Assembly (NCBI GenBank): GCA_965207885.1 | Contig: OZ242311.1 | Span: forward strand, 5,408,001-5,472,000 | Direction of reading: 5' to 3' | DNA from: Candidatus Latescibacterota bacterium | GTDB lineage: Bacteria; Latescibacterota; UBA2968 | Length of the DNA stretch: 64,000 nucleotides | Shown: piece after piece, positions 48,840 through 58,780 of the stretch | Numbering within the stretch: position 1 is the first letter of the stretch | Layout: each line of letters begins with the position of its first letter | Program-made: the position numbers and the translations under genes | The notes under the pieces: model-generated | Told to the model about the DNA's origin: nothing | The model's input: the letters and a program-made list of their open reading frames with translations, nothing else | The model's database searches: none

Positions 48840-49961
48840 TCAGACCGCCTTTTTCTCGAGCAAAAACAAAAACTCCTGGTTCGGTTCCTCAGCATCCCTC
48901 AACCATTCATTCGTCCACTTCATCCCCGCCATCACATTCTTCTTGTAATTGAGCGCAACCACATCTACTATCTCGCCATTGCGCCGCATCACATCGTTCA
49001 ACGCCCTGGCAGTCGCCCGCCCGCCAGAACTGTACGACAGAATAATCCACCGCGCGCGCGTCGCCGCAATCAGATTCTCAATCGCCTCAACCGCGATAAA
49101 GCGCCCCTCATCATTCCGCCGAAACGCCTCAAAAACCGACGCCGCTACCGTATCCGACGTATCCCTGCGGCGATTGGCCTTCCCAAAAAGAGCCGGTTTA
49201 TCGGCGCAAATCACACTCGTCCACACATGGTAATACGAAGCATATCGCACCCGCGACGGCGGCATCTTCTCGTTATTCGATCCATAAGGCGGATCGAAAT
49301 ACGCCAGATCAACAGATATATCGGGAACGAGATCAAAAATATCCCTTTGAAATACCTGATGCTCCCCAGATGAACAAAAAATATTCGGCACCTTCAGCAC
49401 AAGTTCCTTATAAGAGCGAGGCGCCCAATCCTTCAGATAAGAAACAAAATGCCCCAAACTGCTATCCACGCGATCCAGCGCCAAAATCAGACTCGTAAGC
49501 GCCACAGCCCCATCAACCGGATCGAGCTTCAGCGCGTCGATCTCCTCTCGAATCGCATCTAACTTACGGGTATTGTGTACCTGCCACGGCTTCTTGCGCC
49601 CATCCCGCTGTATCGCACATCCGTTATTGACATAGCCCCCATAGTGCTCCGTGAACCACCCATCCACAGGCGGAAGCGCATTGAGGTGATCGATAAGCGG
49701 TTGATAATCCTCTCGCCTCTTCTTATTCAGCAAATAGCACGTCCCAAAAACCTTCGACCACACCGCAACATCATTGCAAACAACCGTATAACCCAGCCTC
49801 GCGAGCGCCTGTGACACCCTCGTCGTACCCGAAAACCCATCCAAAACCGTCCTTGCATCAACTTTTTTCACCAATTGCAGAATACGCGGAAGAAGTTTCA
49901 ACTTAGACCCCGCGTATTTGATTCCTTCCGTGGGAGGCGCATCGCAAATGACTCGCATCAT
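48840..49961 (-). CDS. Orphan D12-class N6-adenine DNA methyltransferase
   Basis: KYAGSKLKL, DGFSGT, YFDPPY, Y.SYYH, LSYS; no endonuclease adjacent. Confidence 0.88.
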   Translation of the reverse strand: MMRVICDAPPTEGIKYAGSKLKLLPRILQLVKKVDARTVLDGFSGTTRVSQALARLGYTVVCNDVAVWSKVFGTCYLLNKKRREDYQPLIDHLNALPPVDGWFTEHYGGYVNNGCAIQRDGRKKPWQVHNTRKLDAIREEIDALKLDPVDGAVALTSLILALDRVDSSLGHFVSYLKDWAPRSYKELVLKVPNIFCSSGEHQVFQRDIFDLVPDISVDLAYFDPPYGSNNEKMPPSRVRYASYYHVWTSVICADKPALFGKANRRRDTSDTVAASVFEAFRRNDEGRFIAVEAIENLIAATRARWIILSYSSGGRATARALNDVMRRNGEIVDVVALNYKKNVMAGMKWTNEWLRDAEEPNQEFLFLLEKKAV

Positions 49962-49979
49962 GCTTTATCCCCACAAAAT

Positions 49980-50573
49980 TCACCTGGACAACTGACGAAC
50001 CACAGTCGCGATTTCTTCGGCGGTATGGGACGGGCGAAAAAAGAAGCGCAAATCGCCGTTCTGGTCAATGAGATAGGTATAGAGGGAATGGTCGATAAGA
50101 TACCCCGCCGCAGAACCCTGCTCACCAATCTCATAATGAGCGGCATAGCGTTTGACCACCGCATCAATACTATCCTGAACCCCTGTAAGACCAATGGCCG
50201 GCACGTCAAAATGCGACAAATAAGACTTGAGCATTTGCGGGGAATCGCGCCCGGGATCAACACTCACAAAAAGCGTCCTGAGATCGCGTGCATCCTCACC
50301 TAAAATCGTATAAGCACTGGCAAGACGCGCCATAGTTTGGGGACATGCATCGGGACAACTCGCATAGCCAAAAAAGAGGAGGAACGGACGCTGATGATCT
50401 GCCAAATGGAATAAATTGCCATCGTGGTCAACAAGCGTCAAATCGCCGCCAAAAGGAAAGGAATCGACAGAAAGGGTGAGATCGGGATCGGACTGCGGCG
50501 CGCGCTCAAGCGGTTTACAGGCCATAAATAGCAACAGCAAAGTAGCTAAACCTGTACTGCGGATCGTATTCAT
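49980..50573 (-). CDS. SCO1/SenC family copper-binding lipoprotein
   Basis: FGYASCPDACP, SVDPGRD, YLIDHS. Confidence 0.92.
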   Translation of the reverse strand: MNTIRSTGLATLLLLFMACKPLERAPQSDPDLTLSVDSFPFGGDLTLVDHDGNLFHLADHQRPFLLFFGYASCPDACPQTMARLASAYTILGEDARDLRTLFVSVDPGRDSPQMLKSYLSHFDVPAIGLTGVQDSIDAVVKRYAAHYEIGEQGSAAGYLIDHSLYTYLIDQNGDLRFFFRPSHTAEEIATVVRQLSR

Positions 50574-51025
50574 CTGCGCCCTTCATTCCGAAACGAAACA
50601 ACAGGTGCCCGAAGCGTCTGTACCTGACCATTTGCAAAAGTGAGCGTAAGCGCAAGAGAATCGCCTGGAGCCAAATCGCGCCTGAGACCAATGAGCATGA
50701 GATGGTTACCCCCCGGTTGCAAAGTCGCTGAACCATCTTCTGGAATCGGCAAACGGTCAATTTTTTTCATACGCATAATATTGCCATCCGTCGTCACAAC
50801 GTGAATCTCGGCAACCTCAGCCGCAGGCGTAGAAGCAGAAACGAGCGCAGTCGCCATCCCCTCATTGTGAATAGCCAAATAAGCCGCAGTCATAGACTGT
50901 GGCGGAATATTCTGCCGCACCCATGCGTTTTTAATGGACACAGAAGAAATATCCCGATCACTGCATCCCATCCCCAGCAGAATGAGGGTCAGAAAAAATA
51001 TCCCACTTTTTATACACACTCTCAT
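50570..51025 (-). CDS. PCu(A)C copper chaperone
   Basis: AWVR, AAYL, EIH-x8-MRM...PGGNHLML. Confidence 0.9.
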   Translation of the reverse strand: MRVCIKSGIFFLTLILLGMGCSDRDISSVSIKNAWVRQNIPPQSMTAAYLAIHNEGMATALVSASTPAAEVAEIHVVTTDGNIMRMKKIDRLPIPEDGSATLQPGGNHLMLIGLRRDLAPGDSLALTLTFANGQVQTLRAPVVSFRNEGRR

Positions 51026-51408
51026 TTCTGTAGCGAAACAATAAAAATGGAAATAATCCTGCGTTCTTCCTCCGGGATTTGGGGATAGCCGGGCATACCC
51101 ATACCCCGTTCATTGAGCGCACCTTTGAGGATCGTACGCGAAACAGCCTCAACCGAACGCCCGTATTTATAAACCTTTGGATCGTGAAAATCGCGGGGCC
51201 TTGGATTCAGAGTACGCGCGATCTGACCATTACCATGGCCATTGCGACCATGGCAAACCGCGCACCCGTATTTTGTGTAAAGGGCCTTCCCCTTTTCAAT
51301 ATCTGCCGCGGCAAACTGCGGGCGCTGAGGGGGTTCGGCTTTCTGTTCTGGCGAATTCTGGCAAGCCATCAAAATGACGCAGACAGTTGCGAGAAAGAGG
51401 CGAAACAT
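51022..51408 (-). CDS. Monoheme cytochrome c lipoprotein
   Basis: Lipobox LMAC; CAVCH; PRDF; GMP axial Met region. Confidence 0.9.
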   Translation of the reverse strand: MFRLFLATVCVILMACQNSPEQKAEPPQRPQFAAADIEKGKALYTKYGCAVCHGRNGHGNGQIARTLNPRPRDFHDPKVYKYGRSVEAVSRTILKGALNERGMGMPGYPQIPEEERRIISIFIVSLQK

Positions 51409-52655
51409 AATGTCTCCCGATATAGTTGGCATGAATATACCCAAAATGCAGACAAAAGCCCCCGCAAGAGAGACGGACTCTTCTACTCCCGCCTCACTGC
51501 GACATTCGCGAATAGTCCATTCGGCGCCCCCGAATTCGCGGTCACGATCTCCGGAAACCGATCACCGTTCAGATCGCCGACAGCCAACCCGTACGTTAAG
51601 CAGTCCGCGCATCCAAAGCGAAACTCGTCGAACTCTGGGGTCTCGCCGCCCCGGTTGAAGTACACCGCATTCTGCGCGCCCACGTTCGCCACGATGATGT
51701 CCAGATCGCCGTCGAGATCCACGTCCGCCAGGCGGACCGCGTAACTCCGGTCGTCGGACCCGAACGGCAGGCTGCGCTCGAACCCTTCCGCCCCGTCGCC
51801 GAAGTACACTGCATTCGCCTCGCCGATGTTCGCCGACACGATGTCTGGGTGACCGTCGCCATCTACATCGCCCACCGCCACGCCACGGGTCTCGTCACTG
51901 CCGGTTCCGTACCGACTCACCCGCTCGAAACTACCTGCGTCGTTCCAGTGAACTGTGTTCGCGCCTCGGTTACGGTTGGCGAGCACAAGGTCCGGATCCC
52001 CGTCACCTTCGAGGTCCGCGGCGGCGACATTGATCGTGGAATCGTCCCCGGTTCCAAAAGGCGTTCCCTCGCCGAAGACCCCTGAACCATCTCCATGGAA
52101 GATAAAGTTCTGGCGTCCCCGGTTCACAACCAGGATGTCGGTGTGTCCGTCGGCGTCCAGATCGGCCAACGTCAGGCTCCGCGTCGAACTCGGCGTGCCG
52201 AAGACGGCTCCGGCCTTGAAGCGGCCCGCGCCATCGTTCAGAAAGACGAGATTCCGCGTACGGTCGTTCCCCACCGCGACATCCAGGTCGCCATCGCCGT
52301 CGAAATCGGCCAGCGGGACGGCATACGTGCCGGCCTCTTCATCCCCCAGCCGCCGCGCGAGGGTGAAGGCGGCTCGCCCATCATTGAAATAGATCCGGTT
52401 CTGCCCGGGCCAGTGGCGACCATTGGCGACAACCACATCCAGTGTCCCGTCGCCGTTGACATCGCCCAGACTCAGCGAGGCCGTCAGTTCGCTGCCCGCG
52501 CCCAACGACCTGCGTGGCCGGAATGTCCGCTGAGAGGGTTCGGCTTTCTGCTCTGGCGGATTCTGGCAAGCCATCAAAATGCCGCAGAAAGCCGCGAGAC
52601 AGAGACGAAACATAACATCTCCCAATACAGTTGATTTAAATATACCCAAAACGCG
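51323..52655. repeat. Direct repeat of about 130 bp (51323-~51450 and 52528-~52655) covering promoter, RBS and lipoprotein signal peptide
   Basis: Offset 1205 nt; MFRLFLATVCVILMACQNSPEQKAEPPQR vs MFRLCLAAFCGILMACQNPPEQKAEPSQR; shared AATATACCCAAAA upstream. Confidence 0.9.
51483..52613 (-). CDS. FG-GAP/VCBS repeat lipoprotein
   Basis: Seven (G/A)DxxxDGxxD repeats; GC-rich body; start MFRLCL at 52613. Confidence 0.88.
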   Translation of the reverse strand: MFRLCLAAFCGILMACQNPPEQKAEPSQRTFRPRRSLGAGSELTASLSLGDVNGDGTLDVVVANGRHWPGQNRIYFNDGRAAFTLARRLGDEEAGTYAVPLADFDGDGDLDVAVGNDRTRNLVFLNDGAGRFKAGAVFGTPSSTRSLTLADLDADGHTDILVVNRGRQNFIFHGDGSGVFGEGTPFGTGDDSTINVAAADLEGDGDPDLVLANRNRGANTVHWNDAGSFERVSRYGTGSDETRGVAVGDVDGDGHPDIVSANIGEANAVYFGDGAEGFERSLPFGSDDRSYAVRLADVDLDGDLDIIVANVGAQNAVYFNRGGETPEFDEFRFGCADCLTYGLAVGDLNGDRFPEIVTANSGAPNGLFANVAVRRE

Positions 52656-52671
52656 GAACACAAAAAAGCGA

Positions 52672-53709
52672 TCAGTCGCCTCTGCGATTCGCCTGAGATT
52701 GTGGCGTAAGGTCAAACCACGTCTCGTGCCCCTGAAAAAAGCGATCGAGTTCATCGACCATAAGTTTGAAAAAGTGGGGATAATCATCGCCCGTATGGCC
52801 CGAAAAATGCGGACTTAAAAACACATTGGGAAGGTGAATAATCTCACTATCGGGAGGAATAGGTTCCGGATCAAAAACCTCGAGACCCGCGGTAATATCC
52901 CCTCTCTTGAGACGCTCTATCAAAGCATAGGAATCGACAATTGCACCGCGCGAAACATTGACAAAAGCCGACCCGGGTTGGATGAGATCAAGTTCGCGTT
53001 TCCCAATCATACCTCTGGTGCGCGGTGTAAGCGGAGCAACGCAGACAATAACATCGCATTCCGAAAAAATCTTATCCATCAAAGTCTGCGTAAAACCGAC
53101 AATCTCGGCAATATCGCGGGACAAATACGGATCGTAAACCCAGATATCCGTATTAAAAGGACGCAAAAAAGAAATGAGACGGCGGCCCATATGCCCACAC
53201 CCAATAAGACCGACGCGCTTGTCGGTCAACATACCGCGCATATCACGGTTTTTAGCACCGATTGTATCGCCAGCAATAATGCGGCGAAAAGCCGCCCCTG
53301 CATTGCGCAGCGCGATCAGGATAAGCGCGAGCGCCCATTCGGCAACTGGATAAGACGACCCCTGAGTCGTATCAACCGTGCGGATACCGCGTTCCCAGGC
53401 AGCATCGAGATCAATGCGCGCGGCAAAGCGGTCGCCTTCCAATTCGCCAACCAACTTCAAATTTGGCGCATTATCCAGCACCTCGGCATCAATCTTGGGG
53501 CACCCGGAGCACACGACAACAGCATCCGCATCCCCAATACAATCAATTAAACCCGCAATAATTCCGGGGTCGCGATGGGCTTCATAAATATTGCCACCCT
53601 CGCACTCAAACCAATCCCATGTGGCGAAGGTCTCGAGACGGGCGAGTTCCTCCGGCGGAAAATAGCTATCGCGAATGCGCTTATTAGACGCGAGAAGGAC
53701 TTTTGGCAT
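52672..53709 (-). CDS. D-2-hydroxyacid dehydrogenase family
   Basis: VAEWAL, GLIGCGHMG, YDPY, NVSRG, EVFDPEP, SPHFSG. Confidence 0.9.
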   Translation of the reverse strand: MPKVLLASNKRIRDSYFPPEELARLETFATWDWFECEGGNIYEAHRDPGIIAGLIDCIGDADAVVVCSGCPKIDAEVLDNAPNLKLVGELEGDRFAARIDLDAAWERGIRTVDTTQGSSYPVAEWALALILIALRNAGAAFRRIIAGDTIGAKNRDMRGMLTDKRVGLIGCGHMGRRLISFLRPFNTDIWVYDPYLSRDIAEIVGFTQTLMDKIFSECDVIVCVAPLTPRTRGMIGKRELDLIQPGSAFVNVSRGAIVDSYALIERLKRGDITAGLEVFDPEPIPPDSEIIHLPNVFLSPHFSGHTGDDYPHFFKLMVDELDRFFQGHETWFDLTPQSQANRRGD

Positions 53710-53746
53710 AACTAACCTCTTTTCAAATTGAGCATATTCTCATCTC

Positions 53747-54595
53747 TCACTTCAACCCCTCACCCGGTATCCACTGTATCTCTATCGGCTCTGCCTCGCC
53801 ATCATACGCGATTCTGAGCGGCTCCATCAGGGCCTGTAACTCAGACGATGGCACAGCATCACTGTTATTGCCTTCTGCCAGAGCGACCGTGGCCTGCGTG
53901 CGCTCTGGCAAAGCGACAAAGTCCGGATAGTACCACATCGTGAGCACAGTCCTGCGCTGATCTGTCTGATTCGCATGCGAAGCGTGCAACAGGCTGCCAT
54001 AACCCATCACGAGATCGCCGGCTTTAACGGGAACATCGATCTCATCATCCACCCGCGAAAACCCCGGATCATCGGGATTGGCAAATGTTCTTAGCTCATC
54101 TGTATGATTCGGAGAAATCTCGTCGTGTAATGAATGACGCTTGAGATGTGACCCCGGAACCACGCGCAAACACCCATTTTGCGGCATCGTATCGGTCAGA
54201 TAATACATCAAAAAGCACTGAATGGGCTGCGTCGTATAGCTCACCGGATCATCCCAAAAACGACCATCTTCATGCCAGAACAGAGGTGGACTATGCGGCG
54301 GCTTGCTGATAATGCGTCCATGTCCAAACTTTGGTTCATCAAACCCGAGCTGTTTCAACGCATTGAGCGCATTGGGATGGGCGATGAGCTCAGCCATCAC
54401 CGGATACTGATAAGCCATAGCCCAATCGATCATGACCATACTCCCGGTCGTGCGATGCATCTCAAAATGTTCCAGTTCCTGTTCGGAGAGCACATCATCG
54501 CTAAAGCGCTGCAATTGATCCACCAGGACAGAATCGAGAATATTCTCAAACACAAAGAACCCATCACGGGCAAATTGTTCTCGTTTGGAAGACAA
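53747..54595 (-). CDS. Phytanoyl-CoA dioxygenase (PhyH) family
   Basis: FWHED, NGCLRVVPGSH, LLHASHAN; TTG start after AGGAGG. Confidence 0.88.
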   Translation of the reverse strand: MSSKREQFARDGFFVFENILDSVLVDQLQRFSDDVLSEQELEHFEMHRTTGSMVMIDWAMAYQYPVMAELIAHPNALNALKQLGFDEPKFGHGRIISKPPHSPPLFWHEDGRFWDDPVSYTTQPIQCFLMYYLTDTMPQNGCLRVVPGSHLKRHSLHDEISPNHTDELRTFANPDDPGFSRVDDEIDVPVKAGDLVMGYGSLLHASHANQTDQRRTVLTMWYYPDFVALPERTQATVALAEGNNSDAVPSSELQALMEPLRIAYDGEAEPIEIQWIPGEGLK

Positions 54596-54631
54596 GGCAA
54601 ACCTCCTTGTACACAACATCAATAAACACAT

Positions 54632-55531
54632 CTAATTGGATATTTGACCAATCCGAAGCCATCTGATTTTCCCACTCTCTTCATCTTCTGAAAAATAAAT
54701 CTGAATAGCTTTGCCAAGCAAATTTTCTATTGGAACAGCGCCCCAAAATCGACTGTCGTAACTATCGTCCCGATTATCGCCCAAAACAAAAAAGTGCCCA
54801 TCGGGAACCGTATAAGGACCAAAATTATCTCGCGGGCTATTCTGTTTGTTCCACACTCTCAGATCTTCGTATTTAACGCCTTCAGCATCCTCAAATCGCC
54901 TTCCATCCACATATACACCCTTATCTTCTATTTTCACTACTTGCCCTTCAATTGCTATGCATCGTTTGATAAACGCGCGTTTGGAATCCTTTGGAAATTT
55001 GAAAATAACCAAATCCCCTGGATCTGGCCGATCAACACCTATCACGCGATCCCCCACAAATGGGATTCTAATTCCATAGGCAGACATACTTGCAAATATG
55101 TAATCGCCACTCAAAAAGGTATCTGCCATTGCCATGCTGGGAATACTAAACGTTTTAAGGACACAGGTTCTTAGAAATGGTTTCATGACTATCTCAGAAA
55201 CGAACAGTATCACAACAATTGCTACCAGATAAACCAACCAGTGATTACATCTTTTCCGCTGAAAATATCGAGTTGATTTTTTTGCTGTTTTGAATGCATC
55301 CCAAGCAATGTAAAAATAGATAACCAGGAAACAAAGCAGGGCTATCCCAAGATTCAAGGGAGCAATCGCAAGACCTCCTATGATGATGAAGATCGATAAA
55401 AACACCCCTCCTGAATAAAGAACATAAAACAGGATACCTTTTTTGAGTTGTCCATTATAAATCTGACCGAGTCCTGGAAATGGAAGTCCCAATAAAATTG
55501 CTAACCACCATTTTCTTTCCTGCGTTTTCAC
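54632..55531 (-). CDS. lepB: Signal peptidase I with N-terminal multi-TM extension
   Basis: FSIPS, FIKRC, FVLGDNRDDSYDSRFWG; AT-rich. Confidence 0.88.
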   Translation of the reverse strand: MKTQERKWWLAILLGLPFPGLGQIYNGQLKKGILFYVLYSGGVFLSIFIIIGGLAIAPLNLGIALLCFLVIYFYIAWDAFKTAKKSTRYFQRKRCNHWLVYLVAIVVILFVSEIVMKPFLRTCVLKTFSIPSMAMADTFLSGDYIFASMSAYGIRIPFVGDRVIGVDRPDPGDLVIFKFPKDSKRAFIKRCIAIEGQVVKIEDKGVYVDGRRFEDAEGVKYEDLRVWNKQNSPRDNFGPYTVPDGHFFVLGDNRDDSYDSRFWGAVPIENLLGKAIQIYFSEDEESGKIRWLRIGQISN

Positions 55532-55546
55532 GCCATCAATCTCCTG

Positions 55547-57001
55547 CTAAATCTCAGGCAATGGAACTCTATCATCTGTCCGCATCTGCCATTGACGAAT
55601 ACGCTCGGTCAGGTCCTGGATACGGTCCCTGCATTTGGGATCGTCAAAATAATTGACAGTTTCACATGGATCGGCGTTCAGATCGTAGAGTTCACACTGA
55701 TCGTGCGCGCTGAGATTGAGTTTCCAGCGGTCGGCGGAAATAACAGATCGCCAGGGCGTACTCATAGCGGGATTGACCTCGGCCTCACCGGGACGCGGGT
55801 GTCCGTCATTGCGGTTCCACTGAATAAAAACATCATTCTCCAATAGTGTCGCATCGCCATCCAGCACGGACACGCGGCTCTCACCCTGCAAATGATCGGG
55901 AATGGATTCACCCATCAAATCCAGAAGCGTAGGCACGAGATCAATATGTGAAATATTCCCCCCGATCACACGCTGCTGATTGGATAACCAGGGCACATGA
56001 ATGAGAAGCGGAACCTTGACGGACTCCTCGTACAAAACAGTCTTGCCCAAAATGCCGTGATCGCCCACCATCTCGCCGTGATCACTGGTAAACACAATAA
56101 TCGTATTATCCGCCTGCCCGCTCTCCTCAAGCGCAGCGAGAATCTTGCCAACAGAGCGATCAATCAGCGTAACATTGCCATAATAGCGCGCGCGAACAGC
56201 ACGCCAGCCCTCATCTGTGCGAAGATCGTAACCGTATTCTTCGGACTCCATATAATAAGCAGACAAAACGCGATTGAGAAGAGACGCATTAGCCGGCGGC
56301 TTCTGGCAAAACGCGGGACCAACGGGAAGTTCTGAAGGATCGTAATAATCGTTTAATGGGCCGGTATGCGGTGGGTGCGGCTCCAGATAAGAAACAGCCA
56401 GCACAAAGGGATCATCGCCACAGGCGCGTATAAATTGGGCAGCGCGATCTCCCTGGAAAGACGCCTTGGTAAACGGTTCATCCATACTCGCTTCAACGTG
56501 GCGGGAAAAAACGCGCTGATCTTCGGATTCGGAATTGGGATCAAAACCATTTTCCACGAGAAAATGATGGTAGTCACTGCGGTATGCATGGCGTTCAGAA
56601 CTCGAAAAAAAACGACGATACGAATCCTCGGTGCCAACCCACTCGGAAAAACCGTGCTGCGGAAAAATTTCATCGCCGAGATGCCACTTGCCATTATAAC
56701 AACAGCGATAATCGGAAGAAACCATCTCCGCAATAGTTTGCACATCTCGAGGCAGCGGAACATTGCACGCCGGCACGCGCGCGGTATGCGGGTAGAGACC
56801 ACACAACATCGTGGCGCGCGAGGGACTGCACACGGGCTGACTCACATAGGCATTCTCAAATACAAAACTCTTATCCGCAAGCGCATTGAGATGCGGCGTA
56901 TCAATATGATCATTGCCATAACACCGCATCGTATCCGCGCGCTGTTGATCAGTAAAGATAAATAACAAATTCGGTTTTCTAAGAAATGAGTTCATCATCA
57001 A
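55547..57001 (-). CDS. Formylglycine-dependent sulfatase
   Basis: FTDQQR, CSPSR, GKWHLG, PHPPH, SDHG, ELYDL. Confidence 0.93.
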   Translation of the reverse strand: MMMNSFLRKPNLLFIFTDQQRADTMRCYGNDHIDTPHLNALADKSFVFENAYVSQPVCSPSRATMLCGLYPHTARVPACNVPLPRDVQTIAEMVSSDYRCCYNGKWHLGDEIFPQHGFSEWVGTEDSYRRFFSSSERHAYRSDYHHFLVENGFDPNSESEDQRVFSRHVEASMDEPFTKASFQGDRAAQFIRACGDDPFVLAVSYLEPHPPHTGPLNDYYDPSELPVGPAFCQKPPANASLLNRVLSAYYMESEEYGYDLRTDEGWRAVRARYYGNVTLIDRSVGKILAALEESGQADNTIIVFTSDHGEMVGDHGILGKTVLYEESVKVPLLIHVPWLSNQQRVIGGNISHIDLVPTLLDLMGESIPDHLQGESRVSVLDGDATLLENDVFIQWNRNDGHPRPGEAEVNPAMSTPWRSVISADRWKLNLSAHDQCELYDLNADPCETVNYFDDPKCRDRIQDLTERIRQWQMRTDDRVPLPEI

Positions 57002-57004
57002 ATC

Positions 57005-58231
57005 CTATTCAGGGGTCAATCGCCACTGCGACCTGGGAATCACAACAGCGAGAACAGCGAGAACGACACACCCCGCAATGGCAAACACCGCGCAGTGCAA
57101 AAGCGTATGCGACAGCGCAACATCTGAACCTTCCGACGACGAAACACCGGCGAGAAGAGCAAGACAAAGCGAAAATGACAAACGCCCAATCAGACTCTGG
57201 ATCGAAAGATACGTCGCGCGATGGTGTTGTTGCAAACGCGGCACAGTCGCCGCATTGAGAGGCGCAATCATAAGCGCGCGAGGGACAGAGCGAAAAGCCA
57301 ACAGAAGGGCAACAACAGGGTGAAAAAAGAACCCCATCAATGAAATGAGAACAACCTGCACCCCTGCACTGAGCATAAGTGCCGACCGGGTACCGAAATG
57401 ATCGCGCAGGCGAATACTCTGTTTTGCAAACCACGCGGCAATGCCCATCGTCAGCGCCGTATGTAAACCCGTAAGCAACGGCGTGGGAGCCTGGGCACCG
57501 AGCAACTGGATATAGGGCTGATAAAATTCATAGGGGATATGATTGACAACCGTCATAAAAACGGAAAACAACATCAACCACCCGAGCACGGGCTGGCTGA
57601 GATACGCGAGACAGGCGCGAATCTGGGGAAAAAAACCCGACGCCTGTCGCTCAGAACTGGGCTCCCGGTCGGGTTCGGCAAATAACAAAACCAGCACAAA
57701 AGCCACGCACGCCGTTAAAAAAGAAAAACCATAAGCAACGCGCAAAGCATAGATAGACACCACCCCTCCAAGAAGCGCGGCACCTGCTGAAGCTATAAAA
57801 ACATTCCGCGTAATGCGCGCTTCGCGCTGGGGATAGGCGTCTTCTCGCCCCAAACATTTGAGCAGATCGTAGTGAAACGACGTATCCGTGCCAGATCGAA
57901 AGGCCATACTTGCAGCCAACCCAATTTGCGCCAGCACAAAAACGTCAAAAGACCCACCCGCAAAAAAGAGAGCGTACGCAAAAATCGCTGAAACAGCAGA
58001 AATTAGAAGGGTCAGACGGCGACCCAGGATATCGGACAAATACCCGGAAGGCACTTCGAGAATAACAACGGCGACATAGTAAATAGCTTCGAGGCGCAGC
58101 ACCTGCTCAATGGGCATGTGCTGGTTGAAATAGAGAAAAAAGACAGGCAACCAGAAGTACGCCTGCGCGAGAGGGGCATAAATCGGATACAATCGAACAC
58201 TGCGGGTGAGGCCAGAATGTGACATCGTCAA
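57005..58231 (-). CDS. MFS transporter
   Basis: EVPSGYLSDILGRR, FRSGTD, RATYLS; about 12 transmembrane helices. Confidence 0.88.
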   Translation of the reverse strand: MTMSHSGLTRSVRLYPIYAPLAQAYFWLPVFFLYFNQHMPIEQVLRLEAIYYVAVVILEVPSGYLSDILGRRLTLLISAVSAIFAYALFFAGGSFDVFVLAQIGLAASMAFRSGTDTSFHYDLLKCLGREDAYPQREARITRNVFIASAGAALLGGVVSIYALRVAYGFSFLTACVAFVLVLLFAEPDREPSSERQASGFFPQIRACLAYLSQPVLGWLMLFSVFMTVVNHIPYEFYQPYIQLLGAQAPTPLLTGLHTALTMGIAAWFAKQSIRLRDHFGTRSALMLSAGVQVVLISLMGFFFHPVVALLLAFRSVPRALMIAPLNAATVPRLQQHHRATYLSIQSLIGRLSFSLCLALLAGVSSSEGSDVALSHTLLHCAVFAIAGCVVLAVLAVVIPRSQWRLTPE

Positions 58232-58264
58232 TTGTCAAAAGCCATCCGCTCTGCGGATGGTCGT

Positions 58265-58609
58265 TTACTCATGCCTGAAACTGACCATAGCGCGGTTCAC
58301 CGTCCTGAACGTTTGAAAAGCCGAAGCCAGAGACGTAACCATGAGAATGCTCTCGATTCTTCTGGTAATACCCACCAGACGCAAATCGCCACCTGCAGCC
58401 TTAACCGTCGCCAGAGATGCGGTGAGAACCCCGAGCATCGCACTGCCAAACCATCTGACAGCAGAAAAATCGACAATCACGCGATTGGTACCACTTGCAA
58501 CGAGTTGCTTGATGTGGTCGTGAAACGGCATAACATCAGGACCGTCCATCAGTTCACCTGTAAGGGTAATAATCGCGATATCGTCTTTGATTTCTTCCCT
58601 TAGATTCAT
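58265..58609 (-). CDS. STAS-domain anti-sigma factor antagonist
   Basis: ITLTGEL, VIVDFSAVRWFGSAMLGVL, GGDLRL; ATG 58609. Confidence 0.88.
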   Translation of the reverse strand: MNLREEIKDDIAIITLTGELMDGPDVMPFHDHIKQLVASGTNRVIVDFSAVRWFGSAMLGVLTASLATVKAAGGDLRLVGITRRIESILMVTSLASAFQTFRTVNRAMVSFRHE

Positions 58610-58740
58610 AGCTACTTCCTTTGTTAAATGAGATTGGATATTCTTTGAATGTGATAACATAAGCCCCTTGCACCGATTTTACAACTATTTCTTAATCTAC
58701 AAAAGGGACTGGCATAGAATTTGCAAGAGTGGAATACAAC

Positions 58741-58776
58741 AAAAAACGGGACACCTGAATCGGGTCCCGTTTTTTG
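58741..58776. terminator. Bidirectional intrinsic terminator
   Basis: AAAAAACGGGAC...GTCCCGTTTTTT. Confidence 0.85.
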
Positions 58777-58780
58777 TTTT

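Noticed and set aside
51483-52500. Periodic nucleotide similarity suggesting an array
   Set aside because: Explained by coding FG-GAP repeats; there are no identical repeats with unique spacers.
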